From IMG/VR virus record IMGVR_UViG_3300032270_001566, positions 1 through 34,518 of that record: DNA of 34,518 nt; one strand, written 5' to 3'. The DNA comes from a virus. Its lineage: Duplodnaviria > Caudoviricetes. Below are positions 21,401-29,054 of the stretch, piece after piece. Positions within the stretch are counted from its first letter, which is position 1, and each line of letters begins with the position of its first letter. The notes beneath the pieces were generated by a model that saw nothing but the letters and a program-made list of their open reading frames with translations, did no database searches and had not been told where the DNA came from. Position numbers and translations under genes: made by a program.

Positions 21401-21746
21401 AGAATCCCAAATTGCTTCAAGTTTTAATATTGATACAACTGCAAGAAATCCAGAAATTTTGGGTTCTTATGATTTTGCATCATATGTTAAACAGTATGCA
21501 ATTGAAAACATTTTACCAAACTATGCAATTGATCAATTGGTATTCTGGTATCTTGAAGATAAGGGAAAATCGACTGGTTTGGAAATAGTATCAAAGACGG
21601 CTGCCGATCGCTATGCATTAGGATATAAGAAGCTAGAAGGAGTCCAAATAAATATTAAAAACGGACTAGCCGTTCAGTTAAGGGTTCCCTTAAAAACGAC
21701 CGGAAAGTTAAGTTTAATTATTGAACCAAAAATGAAATTTATTTAA
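15408..21746 (+). CDS. Very large hypothetical virion protein (2112 aa) with internal beta-repeat insert
   Basis: GTG start, uninterrupted ORF in the structural operon; GTGI(E/P)..T repeats at ~19400-20060. Confidence 0.6.
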   Translation: MALSYKKITPFDTSFGLVRTNPKLTGNVKLVVDSSQNLYFESIEANTELAKDKYKAYPIDPTSQHDSNLYRFFSNGNTPESIVFSVKTNVALDSTSSNFADQYDFSEYFSGARYCISKNYSEKFKYFAPIYLNKELPEKFVIFKIPGASHKSISETKTDYPYNKPEHLKSILENAQIVKTFDLGVDSHIGKYIKKMQSNPLFPSNTLNFPFNRGLLSSYSGIAYKAGCYTEKFENLQDIIIGGKTITDFEEYVTLGYERNAIIYPYILNLEFLFDDSSDDFEFNRYFGIYCNTVDLANLDFDLSDHAALKLNTPIITDPNAYEYAQLSFIQTNTNGLDLKFHAIPSAVSSALTELDGAGILTLEDKNGDLHKIISADINNSKLNISTKSLDLSLLHGPTEVFLEDSADYTKGGIQSFIEIKLTNIPNHLDQIRIYYPNGKATNQNSKRYETVTAVSNFSYGGSPVLGALAVYNEYGPDQFFYSVDSVQQESLATKLEKIAESLTDAINAIQNSGFKAYSYQNRIFIVVNTPGNVSLEYAAQYIPAIDEVKITISDEPVFRKTAAQLLGTGTSAQIDLTYSDYIVYGEATPIINQINYSFGALIADAGTKTLTFGSGNLDQTIVIGCHIVNFEPGSALTSHISVDSQYFDKLHPNKADLLIQSPSGWVEIENIVSSIDYINSGSFETESEKIFAINYYDNNINILTEQGTEALLKFGLVQFKKKFKPAVSALSIIPIKDFDFDHTDSQYSSVQLSDVWKSAFIPEGINMINLEKSAYRVLNGSIKIGSTIYNDGDLIEKTLTPTIVSFSTVTGDPFVIPALSVNIPTYDVELAETNPDILDFKGFFTITSDYAETSPSKTNSYIYRDRFTSGKISSEYDSNYERYLIENAGKNRLVKYICKWGADGSLDARSNPYRLNSDTVFGVNNFSPEPNKVEPDSSSMTHEWFYIESLYDYIYDPTAAAQNKLYFDTPFDPQLAITQEGYFEDYFIFTPSYIKNGVLTPCARTQYRFSQIKKDNLTGLAKTIFKGIKFVFKEVVPDTTETELSGALKYVRDSNRFNNYRFTSILKVIEETPYSGQNPIQFKFIESKDFKFITLVIELRVGHKSTPLTTSAKKLLVTKTGGLAADEQHVFNNLSTSFSDYKLNINTVTTPSGVKPISDITLAFMYYAKNKKYNTLDASYSSINLVNSLDLSVQTGYGENGLPFLSSLDKGTDIQIIDEIGKVNTNSILSYKDSGSIKVVGKAYPEKFTIEFPISATGLTPSGYGQSLATITLPGGTSQGITSTELNSYESSGLSLYSFVKNRIITSNSIKESLVNQTMIIGSTITPTPLTASVEGGSSTIVLSAVPTTPLLIGAEVDIAGWSQFATKLVGINSTTLTLSKPIKSNINVQEQGADITSGSPNIYLAGGTNYDVENFGNAPINETSIAVSSFISGVSEITLSSANNNVIVGCTVSGTGIETGTTITAKVGNVLYLSANTTAASGGTYSFTRTWTNYSPTNKVYVTGTGIPANTYVIRIDNTALDTNNQIKPKVILSANATASGTGVTVKFFQKNAAADINFYQSDINHAIATQNRVAAVGSSLINVIDVLELKNTSTGSTGYTYPNAQLLSSETNSTFSVLTYPGDTNLRILRLINQTIYRLENESGISEVIPIGIVLTGDVGIGELSFANLPSSNSTANSTTFNFNKIIKRELTVPSLDKSHWEAANFALLLGGESYYKGLFKRLSFTEFKRSIERGRSNVTYTTYENGIESTGNFYIEIEDATIVEKLKIPTISPVNIQLTQADTTSKRQSSNLVGYTAAESYLQNPLFLRRHGSTYSPIFREITAFMPDTTLNSEIVKDANCKFNPNANRFFEIKGFEHIKISEKKILELEGNDKYKPIFELIGETPISSGDLYLLASNWDYGFHLEYINKTDSVPAYGTRRIAEDSYFMAKLASLPTSIEIDSVSSMEVTEFPSISTDYVNREADVLYKVNTADAQLDINLTNVFSTKVLELGLESQIASSFNIDTTARNPEILGSYDFASYVKQYAIENILPNYAIDQLVFWYLEDKGKSTGLEIVSKTAADRYALGYKKLEGVQINIKNGLAVQLRVPLKTTGKLSLIIEPKMKFI

Positions 21747-21748
21747 AA

Positions 21749-23356
21749 ATGCCAGTACAATTAAATCTTAAAGAGGTTTTTACAACAGATAACCAAGCCG
21801 TATTGGCAGACAAACTAAATTTTAACTTTACTAAGTTAATTGAATTGGGAATCGGTGACGTCGGCCCAGTCGGCCCGGCTGGAGCAACTGGCGGAGTAGG
21901 ACCAGCGGGTCCTATTGGCCCAAGAGGAGTAAAAGGTTCAATGATATTTAGCGGACCAGACCAAACTGCTAATACTACTGCCGTAGTGGATGACATATTC
22001 ATTACAGCTGGCGGTAAATTCTATACGAAAACTTCAACTAGCTGGTCTCAGATATTTGATGTTAATAATCTATTAGCTGTATCAACAGAATTCTTTTTAA
22101 ATAAACAACTATTTACAATAAGTGATGGTGATACTAATTTTACTGCAAGCACAAAGAAGAAAAACTATGGAATTGTAAGATTCCTTAAAAATGCTGGAGC
22201 GGATTTAGCTAATATTAATCCAGATGGAATTAATTATGGTAGCTCTGCATCAACCTACAATAATTCAACACTATTTTTAAATAACTTTGATTTAGATACA
22301 TATAAAAACAATTTTGTTTCAAATACAAGTGTTGATTCTTTAATTACTGATGTAAGTAAAGCAATTGCTACAATTTATTCTAACTTTGTAACAACATCGG
22401 ACGATTCTGCGAGCAGATACCATATTCAATTGGGTTCTCTATATAAGCTGCCAAATGGCCAGCACCAAATGAGTGCTTCTGAGAATAACCTTAGAATAAA
22501 ACATGCATTAATAAACAATACAACTGCAAGTCCATCCGTTGCATATTTTCTTTCAGAATTTAATGTCGGTGGAGATACTTCGTATTCAAACTCAGTAAAT
22601 GGAGCAACTTCTGCATTTAAGTTTAGAGCATCGCAAATGGACGGCTCTGCCCATAATGGAGTTACGCTATATGCTGGAGGTTCTTCTGCAATTAAAAGTT
22701 TTGCAGATAATGATGCATTATATGATCTAAACGGTCTTTTACTTGAAAGAGCCACCGCATCGGCTAAGACTAGACTTGCCCTAGGTATAAATGCATCAAA
22801 CGCAGCATCTCTTCTTACTAAAACTACATTTGATCTTCTTGCAACTGGCAATATTTCAATTGGAGTATTTGGAACAGTAACCTCAGATACTAAAAAGATT
22901 GTTGCTACAAGATTTGGTAATTCTGATAAAACTACTGCGCTTGGTATTGGAGGAACTCCAAATTCTTCATTAACCATTTATGGAACTAAGAGCACGGCTG
23001 ATACTACATCTGATACTAGATATTTAGCAGATCAAGTTAATATTGGATCCATGACAAAAAATAGTTTTCCATTAACTGGAACTGATGTATTTAAGCCACG
23101 CAAGCCATTAAATTCAAATAATAATGCAATTGCTGCACAACTTGCAAGTTACATAGGATTTAATTCATATTTTGATGATAATGGAAACATGAACTTTACT
23201 TATAGAGATGACAATCCAACTGGATCAATTGGAACAGGCGCTGCCTTTGTTACAACCAGAGATGGTAGTTTGCATTTCTTATCATATTCAAGCGATCCTG
23301 CTTTAGTTGACTTTGTAGGAACATTAGCATCAACAAATTTAAATGAGTCAGTATAA
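21749..23356 (+). CDS. Collagen-repeat fibre protein
   Basis: 535 aa. N-terminal DKLNFNFTKL anchor-like motif followed by about 10 Gly-X-Y triplets (GDVGPVGPAGATGGVGPAGPIGPRGVKGSM). Confidence 0.7.
   Translation: MPVQLNLKEVFTTDNQAVLADKLNFNFTKLIELGIGDVGPVGPAGATGGVGPAGPIGPRGVKGSMIFSGPDQTANTTAVVDDIFITAGGKFYTKTSTSWSQIFDVNNLLAVSTEFFLNKQLFTISDGDTNFTASTKKKNYGIVRFLKNAGADLANINPDGINYGSSASTYNNSTLFLNNFDLDTYKNNFVSNTSVDSLITDVSKAIATIYSNFVTTSDDSASRYHIQLGSLYKLPNGQHQMSASENNLRIKHALINNTTASPSVAYFLSEFNVGGDTSYSNSVNGATSAFKFRASQMDGSAHNGVTLYAGGSSAIKSFADNDALYDLNGLLLERATASAKTRLALGINASNAASLLTKTTFDLLATGNISIGVFGTVTSDTKKIVATRFGNSDKTTALGIGGTPNSSLTIYGTKSTADTTSDTRYLADQVNIGSMTKNSFPLTGTDVFKPRKPLNSNNNAIAAQLASYIGFNSYFDDNGNMNFTYRDDNPTGSIGTGAAFVTTRDGSLHFLSYSSDPALVDFVGTLASTNLNESV
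21854..21943 (+). repeat. Collagen-like Gly-X-Y repeat (GC-rich patch)
   Basis: A GGN codon every third codon for 10 triplets. Confidence 0.85.
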
Positions 23357-23370
23357 AATACACATAACAA

Positions 23371-24747
23371 ATGAAAACATTAAGTCTATCTAACGTACTA
23401 AAAGCTATTAAATTTACCGTTACTCGTGATGGTAGAATGGCAGCTGGTAAGTTTAACTATTATGAAGATGCAACAATGGATGCAGTTCTTTCTAATCCAA
23501 CTTCGCATTTCATGCTTAATGGATCATTAAGTTTACCTAGCATTGCCTATTCAGGTAGTGAAAAATCTGGTGCACTAGAATTAAATAATGGACACTATGC
23601 GGTATTTGTTAATGATGGAAGTCAAGTTACAAGTGTGGTTCTTCCAACTCCATCTGCTGAGGTTTTACATAGAACCTATGTTATTGTTAATCAAAAGGCC
23701 GCAGGCAGTGGAACTACAATACCAGTTAAATATTTTGTTGGGCAAACAGAGACTCCTATATTTACACTGGCTGCAGTGAATGGTACTAATACTGTACAAA
23801 ATTCAATTACTATACAGTGTCAACGTACTTCTAGAGGATATTCTAGCTCACAAACTTATACTTGGAGAATTGTATCAGTTGGATATGCTCCATTAACTGG
23901 TACTTCTGTTACAACTACTACATATTATGGTGGTATTTTCAAGATAAATCTCCTTAGAACTACTGGAGCTTCAATTTCAGCAAGTACCCTATCATCCTAT
24001 ATTACAGTTACACAAAATGGTGCAGGTGGTATTCCACAAACTGGAAATAGTAACCAAATTATTAGACAGTTTACAAGTGGTCAAACTGTGAGTGTTGCAG
24101 TTTCGTCATCTCTTCCATCGGGTTATACTTTTTCTTATTGGCAGTTAAAGTCTCCATCAATTGGATCTGTTTCTGCAAGCCAACCATTTACTCAAGCCCT
24201 AGATACATCTGGAACATCTGCTAGTACAAATATTACAGAAATCGATTTAGTATTTAGTTATAGTGCACCAATTACAAGTTCAACCTATAGTTATGGATCA
24301 TCAAGCTCTGGATATAGTTCAATGTCAAGTTGTCCTACTCCAAGCATGTTAATTATGATTAACGAACACACCTGGGTTAAAGCAGGATCTCTTAAAGTTG
24401 GAGACTATGTTTACACTAAACACGAAAATACAGGTGAATGGGGTAACTATAAAGTTATTCAAGCCGATCGAGTATTACAGCCAGTATTATCAGTTAATGT
24501 TGGAGGTAAATTAGTTGAGGTTTCAGAAAGCCACAAATTCTTATTATCAACTGGTGAATATGTAAAAATCTCAGATATCAAAGAGGGAACGTTAATTCAA
24601 ACTCTAGATGGAGATCTTCCATTGATTTCAAAAGAATCTATTGGAAAGCATGAGGTTGTTAAGTTAGAAATTGACCAAGCCCACACATATGTAGTGGAAG
24701 GCATACATTCTCACAATAAGATATCAAGCTCGTTTGGAGTAGCTTAA
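23371..24747 (+). CDS. Virion-cluster protein with C-terminal Hint (intein-like) domain
   Basis: 458 aa. Ser-rich linker, then C321-PTPSMLI...LKVGDYV (block A), VSESHKFL (block B S/TxxH), VVKLEIDQAHTYVVEGIHSHN449 (blocks F/G), then KISSSFGVA-stop. Confidence 0.85.
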   Translation: MKTLSLSNVLKAIKFTVTRDGRMAAGKFNYYEDATMDAVLSNPTSHFMLNGSLSLPSIAYSGSEKSGALELNNGHYAVFVNDGSQVTSVVLPTPSAEVLHRTYVIVNQKAAGSGTTIPVKYFVGQTETPIFTLAAVNGTNTVQNSITIQCQRTSRGYSSSQTYTWRIVSVGYAPLTGTSVTTTTYYGGIFKINLLRTTGASISASTLSSYITVTQNGAGGIPQTGNSNQIIRQFTSGQTVSVAVSSSLPSGYTFSYWQLKSPSIGSVSASQPFTQALDTSGTSASTNITEIDLVFSYSAPITSSTYSYGSSSSGYSSMSSCPTPSMLIMINEHTWVKAGSLKVGDYVYTKHENTGEWGNYKVIQADRVLQPVLSVNVGGKLVEVSESHKFLLSTGEYVKISDIKEGTLIQTLDGDLPLISKESIGKHEVVKLEIDQAHTYVVEGIHSHNKISSSFGVA

Positions 24748-25544
24748 GTTAGCGATCTAAGCTTATAGGGGATCACCTGGCCTCTTTCTAATGTAGACTT
24801 AATATCCAATAAGATATTAGAATTGAAGCCACTGGAGTGATTCAGGAGCTTATTGGCAACGATCGTAGCTAGTGCTAGTTCAAATAACTTTTCATCTTTA
24901 ATTTTCTTAACCGAAGAGATTACCATGACATTTTTCTTTGCAGAAAAGTCAGTAATTTCGGGTTTAACCTGTCCCAGCAATTCATTAAATTCGCCATCTT
25001 CACAAGAAAACTCATTTATTTCAAGTAGATGGTCGAACCCAATCATAAATGGTATAGATTTTTCTTTAGAAATTTTCCAAATGTGATTGAGTTTAGCTTT
25101 ATTTTGTGTAGTTGCTACATAAATTGAATCAAGTTTATGGAGTTTTGCTGAATTAAAGTAGAGTCTAGTATATGCCATTTTATCTAGCATAATATCTAAA
25201 TATTCAGTAAGAGTATCAGCCAAAATGGCAGAGGCCATTCTTAAGATTTCTCCACCATATTCTTCTCGGCTTCGGGTTAGTGATGCAATAATTTCCATTA
25301 CATGGCGATCATCTCTTTTAAAATTATAGGCAGAGTCATAAACGCCTTTATCGACAATAACTGTATTTAAATTTAGATAGTGAAATAAGATTTCATGGAA
25401 TCTAGCAAAAGACCCAGAATTAAGATCTGCAAGATACTTTTGTTTAGCACCAAGCATAACATATGTATAATACTCAAGATCCACATATTTAGAGTTTGCC
25501 AGCCATAGTGGATCCAGGACTGGCACATTTGGATTAGTCTTCAT
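24744..25544 (-). CDS. Hypothetical protein, only reverse-strand gene in the structural module
   Basis: 266 aa ORF filling the gap between two + strand genes. Its stop overlaps the convergent stop (TTAA), and an AATAAATA motif lies upstream. Confidence 0.75.
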   Translation of the reverse strand: MKTNPNVPVLDPLWLANSKYVDLEYYTYVMLGAKQKYLADLNSGSFARFHEILFHYLNLNTVIVDKGVYDSAYNFKRDDRHVMEIIASLTRSREEYGGEILRMASAILADTLTEYLDIMLDKMAYTRLYFNSAKLHKLDSIYVATTQNKAKLNHIWKISKEKSIPFMIGFDHLLEINEFSCEDGEFNELLGQVKPEITDFSAKKNVMVISSVKKIKDEKLFELALATIVANKLLNHSSGFNSNILLDIKSTLERGQVIPYKLRSLT

Positions 25545-25563
25545 GGTGCCGGATCTTTATTGA

Positions 25564-25571
25564 TATTTATT
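25564..25571 (-). promoter_or_regulatory. Putative late promoter for the reverse gene
   Basis: TATTTATT on the + strand is AATAAATA on the - strand, 19 nt upstream of the ATG at 25544. Confidence 0.5.
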
Positions 25572-25596
25572 TAAGTTAGCCGCCGGGCCAAACTTG

Positions 25597-25604
25597 GATA
25601 AATA
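25597..25604 (+). promoter_or_regulatory. Putative late promoter (GATAAATA)
   Basis: NATAAATA 20 nt upstream of the ATG at 25625, immediately after CCAAACTTGG. Confidence 0.55.
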
Positions 25605-25624
25605 AAAAGAAAGCGCCATCTGTA

Positions 25625-27688
25625 ATGCAGACAGTTACCCTAAAGCTTATTCCTGAGACTTCCAAATCGAGTCTGACATTCAGCAGTAACTATAGACTAT
25701 TTTCAACAAAGGATCCTTTACCTGGAGCCTATTCGATTACAAGTTTTACTGACGATGTTGACCTAAATGGCAATAATCAAAATTATCTAAGTAAAAAATT
25801 TAGATATTCAACTGATCGTGGAAACTGGTCTCTTTGGTATAGCATTGCAGATATTACTGCGCTTGCATTTAATAATTCAAACTTATTTGTTGAGTTAAAA
25901 TACGAATATAATGATACAACTAGAGATCCACTTACAAATCCAATCGTTGTAAATGAAATCAAATTTAAAATTGTTGCAGCAGACACTGTTCCAAGTCTTT
26001 ATACACCAAGTATTATTTGTAGTGATGAGGTTTGTCCAGCACTTATTTCAACTGGAACAATGTCATTTAATCCATATGCAGCAGACCAAGCAGTAAATAT
26101 TTTTAAACAATTAAGCTTTAATACTAATAAATTATTTGGACATGAGGTTGTTTATTTTAAAACCGAACCAGATAGAGACTCTGCGGACTACGTGTTTAAA
26201 GAGTGGACTCTATTCAAAACAATTAGCAGAAAATGCATTAAGGTGCTTGTACCCGGAAATAAATTTCCAGATAATAAGCCTACATACGCAGAGTTTGGTG
26301 TGGATTTTGAAATGCCATTCGAAATCCATATTGATCACCAATATTTCCAAACGATCTTTGGTGCGGCGTCGAATCCTCGCAAAAAAGATTTTCTCTATTT
26401 TCCATTAACTAACAGAATGTATGAAATACAAGGTACCTATTTGTATCGTGGAATTATGCAAGAACCCGTTTATTGGAAAATCCAATTAGTTAAATTTCAG
26501 CCAAATATCGATATGATGATGAAAGCTGAAGACAGAACCTTCTTGGATAATATTATTACAAGTACTGATGAGTTATTTGCAGATCAAATGATTGATGAAG
26601 TTAAAGATGCAACAATGCCTCAACAATTTAAAACAATCTCTACCCGATTTGATGAAACTCGTAAGGCTCTGCACCCAGATCTTAAAATTAAACAATTGGC
26701 CCTAACCTATAACTACTCTCCACTAATTCAATATTATTATGAAAGTAAGAGCGTGCCAAGTGTTCCAATTAAAGTTGTACCTGAAACTATTAATGTTACT
26801 AAATATTCAGTTAAATATGAAGATCCTGCAACTAAATATACTTTAATTGCGTATGAAGAATCTGAACTATTTTCGCTATGGGCAGGTTATAAGTTAACTA
26901 CATATGATTTAAGTAATGGTGCACCAATCAAAATTAGAGGACCATATAATTCAAACGATCCTCTACTTGGTCGCTATATTAAAATTGATAGATACACAGA
27001 TTCAAACTTCTTTACCCCAAATCAATTAGCGTTTGAAGAAGATACAAATGGGCACGTTCATATCTTAACTAGAGATTATAGTGTAGTTTACAATGAAATT
27101 GGTAAACTTGGAGAAGACAAGTCAAATATGACGTTCTTTGCACTATTTAAAATTAATTCCTTAACTGATTCAATTAGTTTTATTGATGCATACGATAATA
27201 CTCAAGCGCAAGGCTTAAAATTAGATGCAACATCAATTGCAATTAATAATTCAACAGATAAAAATGTTACAATTAGGCTTGAAATAAATTCAACATTAAC
27301 ACAATTTAACACAGTTAGACTTGAAATTGATAAATGGTATGCAATATTTGTGCCTATCTCAAGCCAATTTAATCAGGCTGCCCTAACTGTATATGGATTT
27401 ACCCAAGACCCTGCAAATTCTAATAATTTTAATGAGATTTCGCAAATCCATAATTCAGCCAAAACCTTAACTGGTGCAAGCTCATTTAATTTTTCAATTG
27501 GAGAAAACTTTAGATTAGTATCATCCCCAATCGATATTGCAAATATAAGAATTTTTAATACAATGGTTCAAGAGGAGGACCATGATTTTGTAATTAGTCA
27601 GTTATTCATTAAAGATGAATCAGTTTTACGCATAATTGATAACTGCCGTCCAAGATTAAATATTCCTTACATTGGTATAAACAGATAA
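25625..27688 (+). CDS. T4 gp14-like neck/head-completion protein with extra N-terminal domain and C-terminal LamG-like domain
   Basis: LFGHEVVYFKTEPDRDSADYVFKE...FGVDFEMPFEIHIDHQYFQTIFG..SNPRKKDFLYFPLTNRMYEI matches gp14 (G.E.YY...D.IF.E...FG......I.I....F......P..GD.IYFP..N.L.EI). The C-terminus has LEIDKWYAIFV...DIANIRIFN (LamG/concanavalin-like). Confidence 0.72.
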   Translation: MQTVTLKLIPETSKSSLTFSSNYRLFSTKDPLPGAYSITSFTDDVDLNGNNQNYLSKKFRYSTDRGNWSLWYSIADITALAFNNSNLFVELKYEYNDTTRDPLTNPIVVNEIKFKIVAADTVPSLYTPSIICSDEVCPALISTGTMSFNPYAADQAVNIFKQLSFNTNKLFGHEVVYFKTEPDRDSADYVFKEWTLFKTISRKCIKVLVPGNKFPDNKPTYAEFGVDFEMPFEIHIDHQYFQTIFGAASNPRKKDFLYFPLTNRMYEIQGTYLYRGIMQEPVYWKIQLVKFQPNIDMMMKAEDRTFLDNIITSTDELFADQMIDEVKDATMPQQFKTISTRFDETRKALHPDLKIKQLALTYNYSPLIQYYYESKSVPSVPIKVVPETINVTKYSVKYEDPATKYTLIAYEESELFSLWAGYKLTTYDLSNGAPIKIRGPYNSNDPLLGRYIKIDRYTDSNFFTPNQLAFEEDTNGHVHILTRDYSVVYNEIGKLGEDKSNMTFFALFKINSLTDSISFIDAYDNTQAQGLKLDATSIAINNSTDKNVTIRLEINSTLTQFNTVRLEIDKWYAIFVPISSQFNQAALTVYGFTQDPANSNNFNEISQIHNSAKTLTGASSFNFSIGENFRLVSSPIDIANIRIFNTMVQEEDHDFVISQLFIKDESVLRIIDNCRPRLNIPYIGINR

Positions 27689-27696
27689 CCTATATT

Positions 27697-29007
27697 ATGA
27701 TTTTAGACATTAAAAACCGTGAACAAGTAGAATCTGCACAATTTGTGCTTACTGTTGATTTCTTTTCAAATAAATCAATTCAACAGCTTGCAGAAAAGGC
27801 TCAAACTTCTTTACATAGAGAAGTTGAGGTTGGTGCAACAAAGGATGCATGGCAACCAGTAAAAGAAAATGGTGCAAGGTTAACTAATCTCTATAACAAT
27901 GGATTTAAGATGAAGCGCATGACAATTGGTCCAGTATATTATTACGAAGGGGTCAATGCTTTACTTAAATCATTTAAATTTATTGAAGAGAATGGTTATA
28001 CAAATGAATTGTGTAAGGTTAAGATTGATTTAGGTTTTTCTAAGATGAATGAAGGCGCAAGAATTACTCAACTAAATAAATTTAAGTTCCTACTTAATTT
28101 TAATGAGGCAAAGGCATTTGAATTATGGCCACAAGAAATCCGCTCAAGTAAAATCTATAAGCACTCTATAAATTTAATATACCCAAAAAATAAATTTATT
28201 GCCGAGGCAACTGTTCCAGCTGGAAGCTATTCTTCACAAATGGAATTTAGCTTTCCGCGATCAAAACAGTTTGGAATTAATTTTGATAGAATTAGTGAAG
28301 GATACGTAACTGTTAAGTATATTGGTGGAAAAGATTATGAAAAGAGAAATACCCAAGCCATTGAATTACTGAATTTAGTTATAGAATCACTTTTTTCTAC
28401 ACTAAAAGCCAATTCAATCTATTCAGACAAAGATCGTGAAAAAATTAAGGAAATTTTAAGTGAACAAAAATCTCACTTAAGTGGATTAAAAAGCTATTCA
28501 ACGTTTGAGACTAAATATCCATTAATTAAGTTAACAATGGATTTAGATCCTAGGCCAGAAATTATTGGTTCTAAATTTAATTTGGTTAGAGAAAAATTAT
28601 TTGACCTAGTAACCTATGGCGGATTGGTTAGAGGTAAGGTTAATTATAATTCAGAAACTGCTCGACTTGAAGTTTTAGAGGGTCGAATTAAAAATGGCTT
28701 TAACCTATCAAATATTGTTTTTATAGATTCATCAATCCAGGCCGAGATTTCAGAATGTACACTTGTTAACTGTAAAGTTAGAAGTTCTAGGCTTTTAGAA
28801 TGTACAATTTTTGATAAAAATGATATTAGATACTCAAACCTTTCTAACTGTAATTTTAACCAATCTGGCGTTAATACTATTCAACAATCAACAATTAAAG
28901 GTCGCCCTGATATGCAAGTTTCTGCAAATTTAACAGAGTGCCTTGTGGTAGGATCACCTCTTGCATACCATGCAACTAAAGATTCTAAGACTGAAATTGC
29001 TCTTTAA
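27697..29007 (+). CDS. Amidoligase-like (COOH-NH2 ligase fold) protein, apparently degenerate, with C-terminal beta-helix repeats
   Basis: Scaffold motifs of phage putative amidoligases (TIGP..Y, I.ENGYTN..C, K.FGINF, GY....YIGGKDYE) are present. The C-terminus has 5-residue S/C/N repeats (ISECTLVNCKVRSSRLLECTI). Confidence 0.6.
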   Translation: MILDIKNREQVESAQFVLTVDFFSNKSIQQLAEKAQTSLHREVEVGATKDAWQPVKENGARLTNLYNNGFKMKRMTIGPVYYYEGVNALLKSFKFIEENGYTNELCKVKIDLGFSKMNEGARITQLNKFKFLLNFNEAKAFELWPQEIRSSKIYKHSINLIYPKNKFIAEATVPAGSYSSQMEFSFPRSKQFGINFDRISEGYVTVKYIGGKDYEKRNTQAIELLNLVIESLFSTLKANSIYSDKDREKIKEILSEQKSHLSGLKSYSTFETKYPLIKLTMDLDPRPEIIGSKFNLVREKLFDLVTYGGLVRGKVNYNSETARLEVLEGRIKNGFNLSNIVFIDSSIQAEISECTLVNCKVRSSRLLECTIFDKNDIRYSNLSNCNFNQSGVNTIQQSTIKGRPDMQVSANLTECLVVGSPLAYHATKDSKTEIAL

Positions 29008-29024
29008 GCAAAGCCAGTTCAGGT

Positions 29025-29040
29025 TAATAAATAACAAAAA
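29025..29040 (+). promoter_or_regulatory. Putative late promoter (TAATAAATAACAAAAA)
   Basis: Third exact copy of the 16-mer, ending 14 nt before the ATG at 29055. Confidence 0.7.
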
Positions 29041-29054
29041 CAAACTGGGCATAG

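Noticed and set aside
21739-22002. Antisense ORF with collagen-like GPIGPAGPT sequence
   Set aside because: Mirror artefact: GGN-CCN codons of the sense collagen repeat read as Gly-Pro on the opposite strand.
24331-24717. Mobile intein / homing element
   Set aside because: No LAGLIDADG or HNH insert, Lys at +1, and only a 9-aa C-extein; treated as a non-splicing Hint domain instead.
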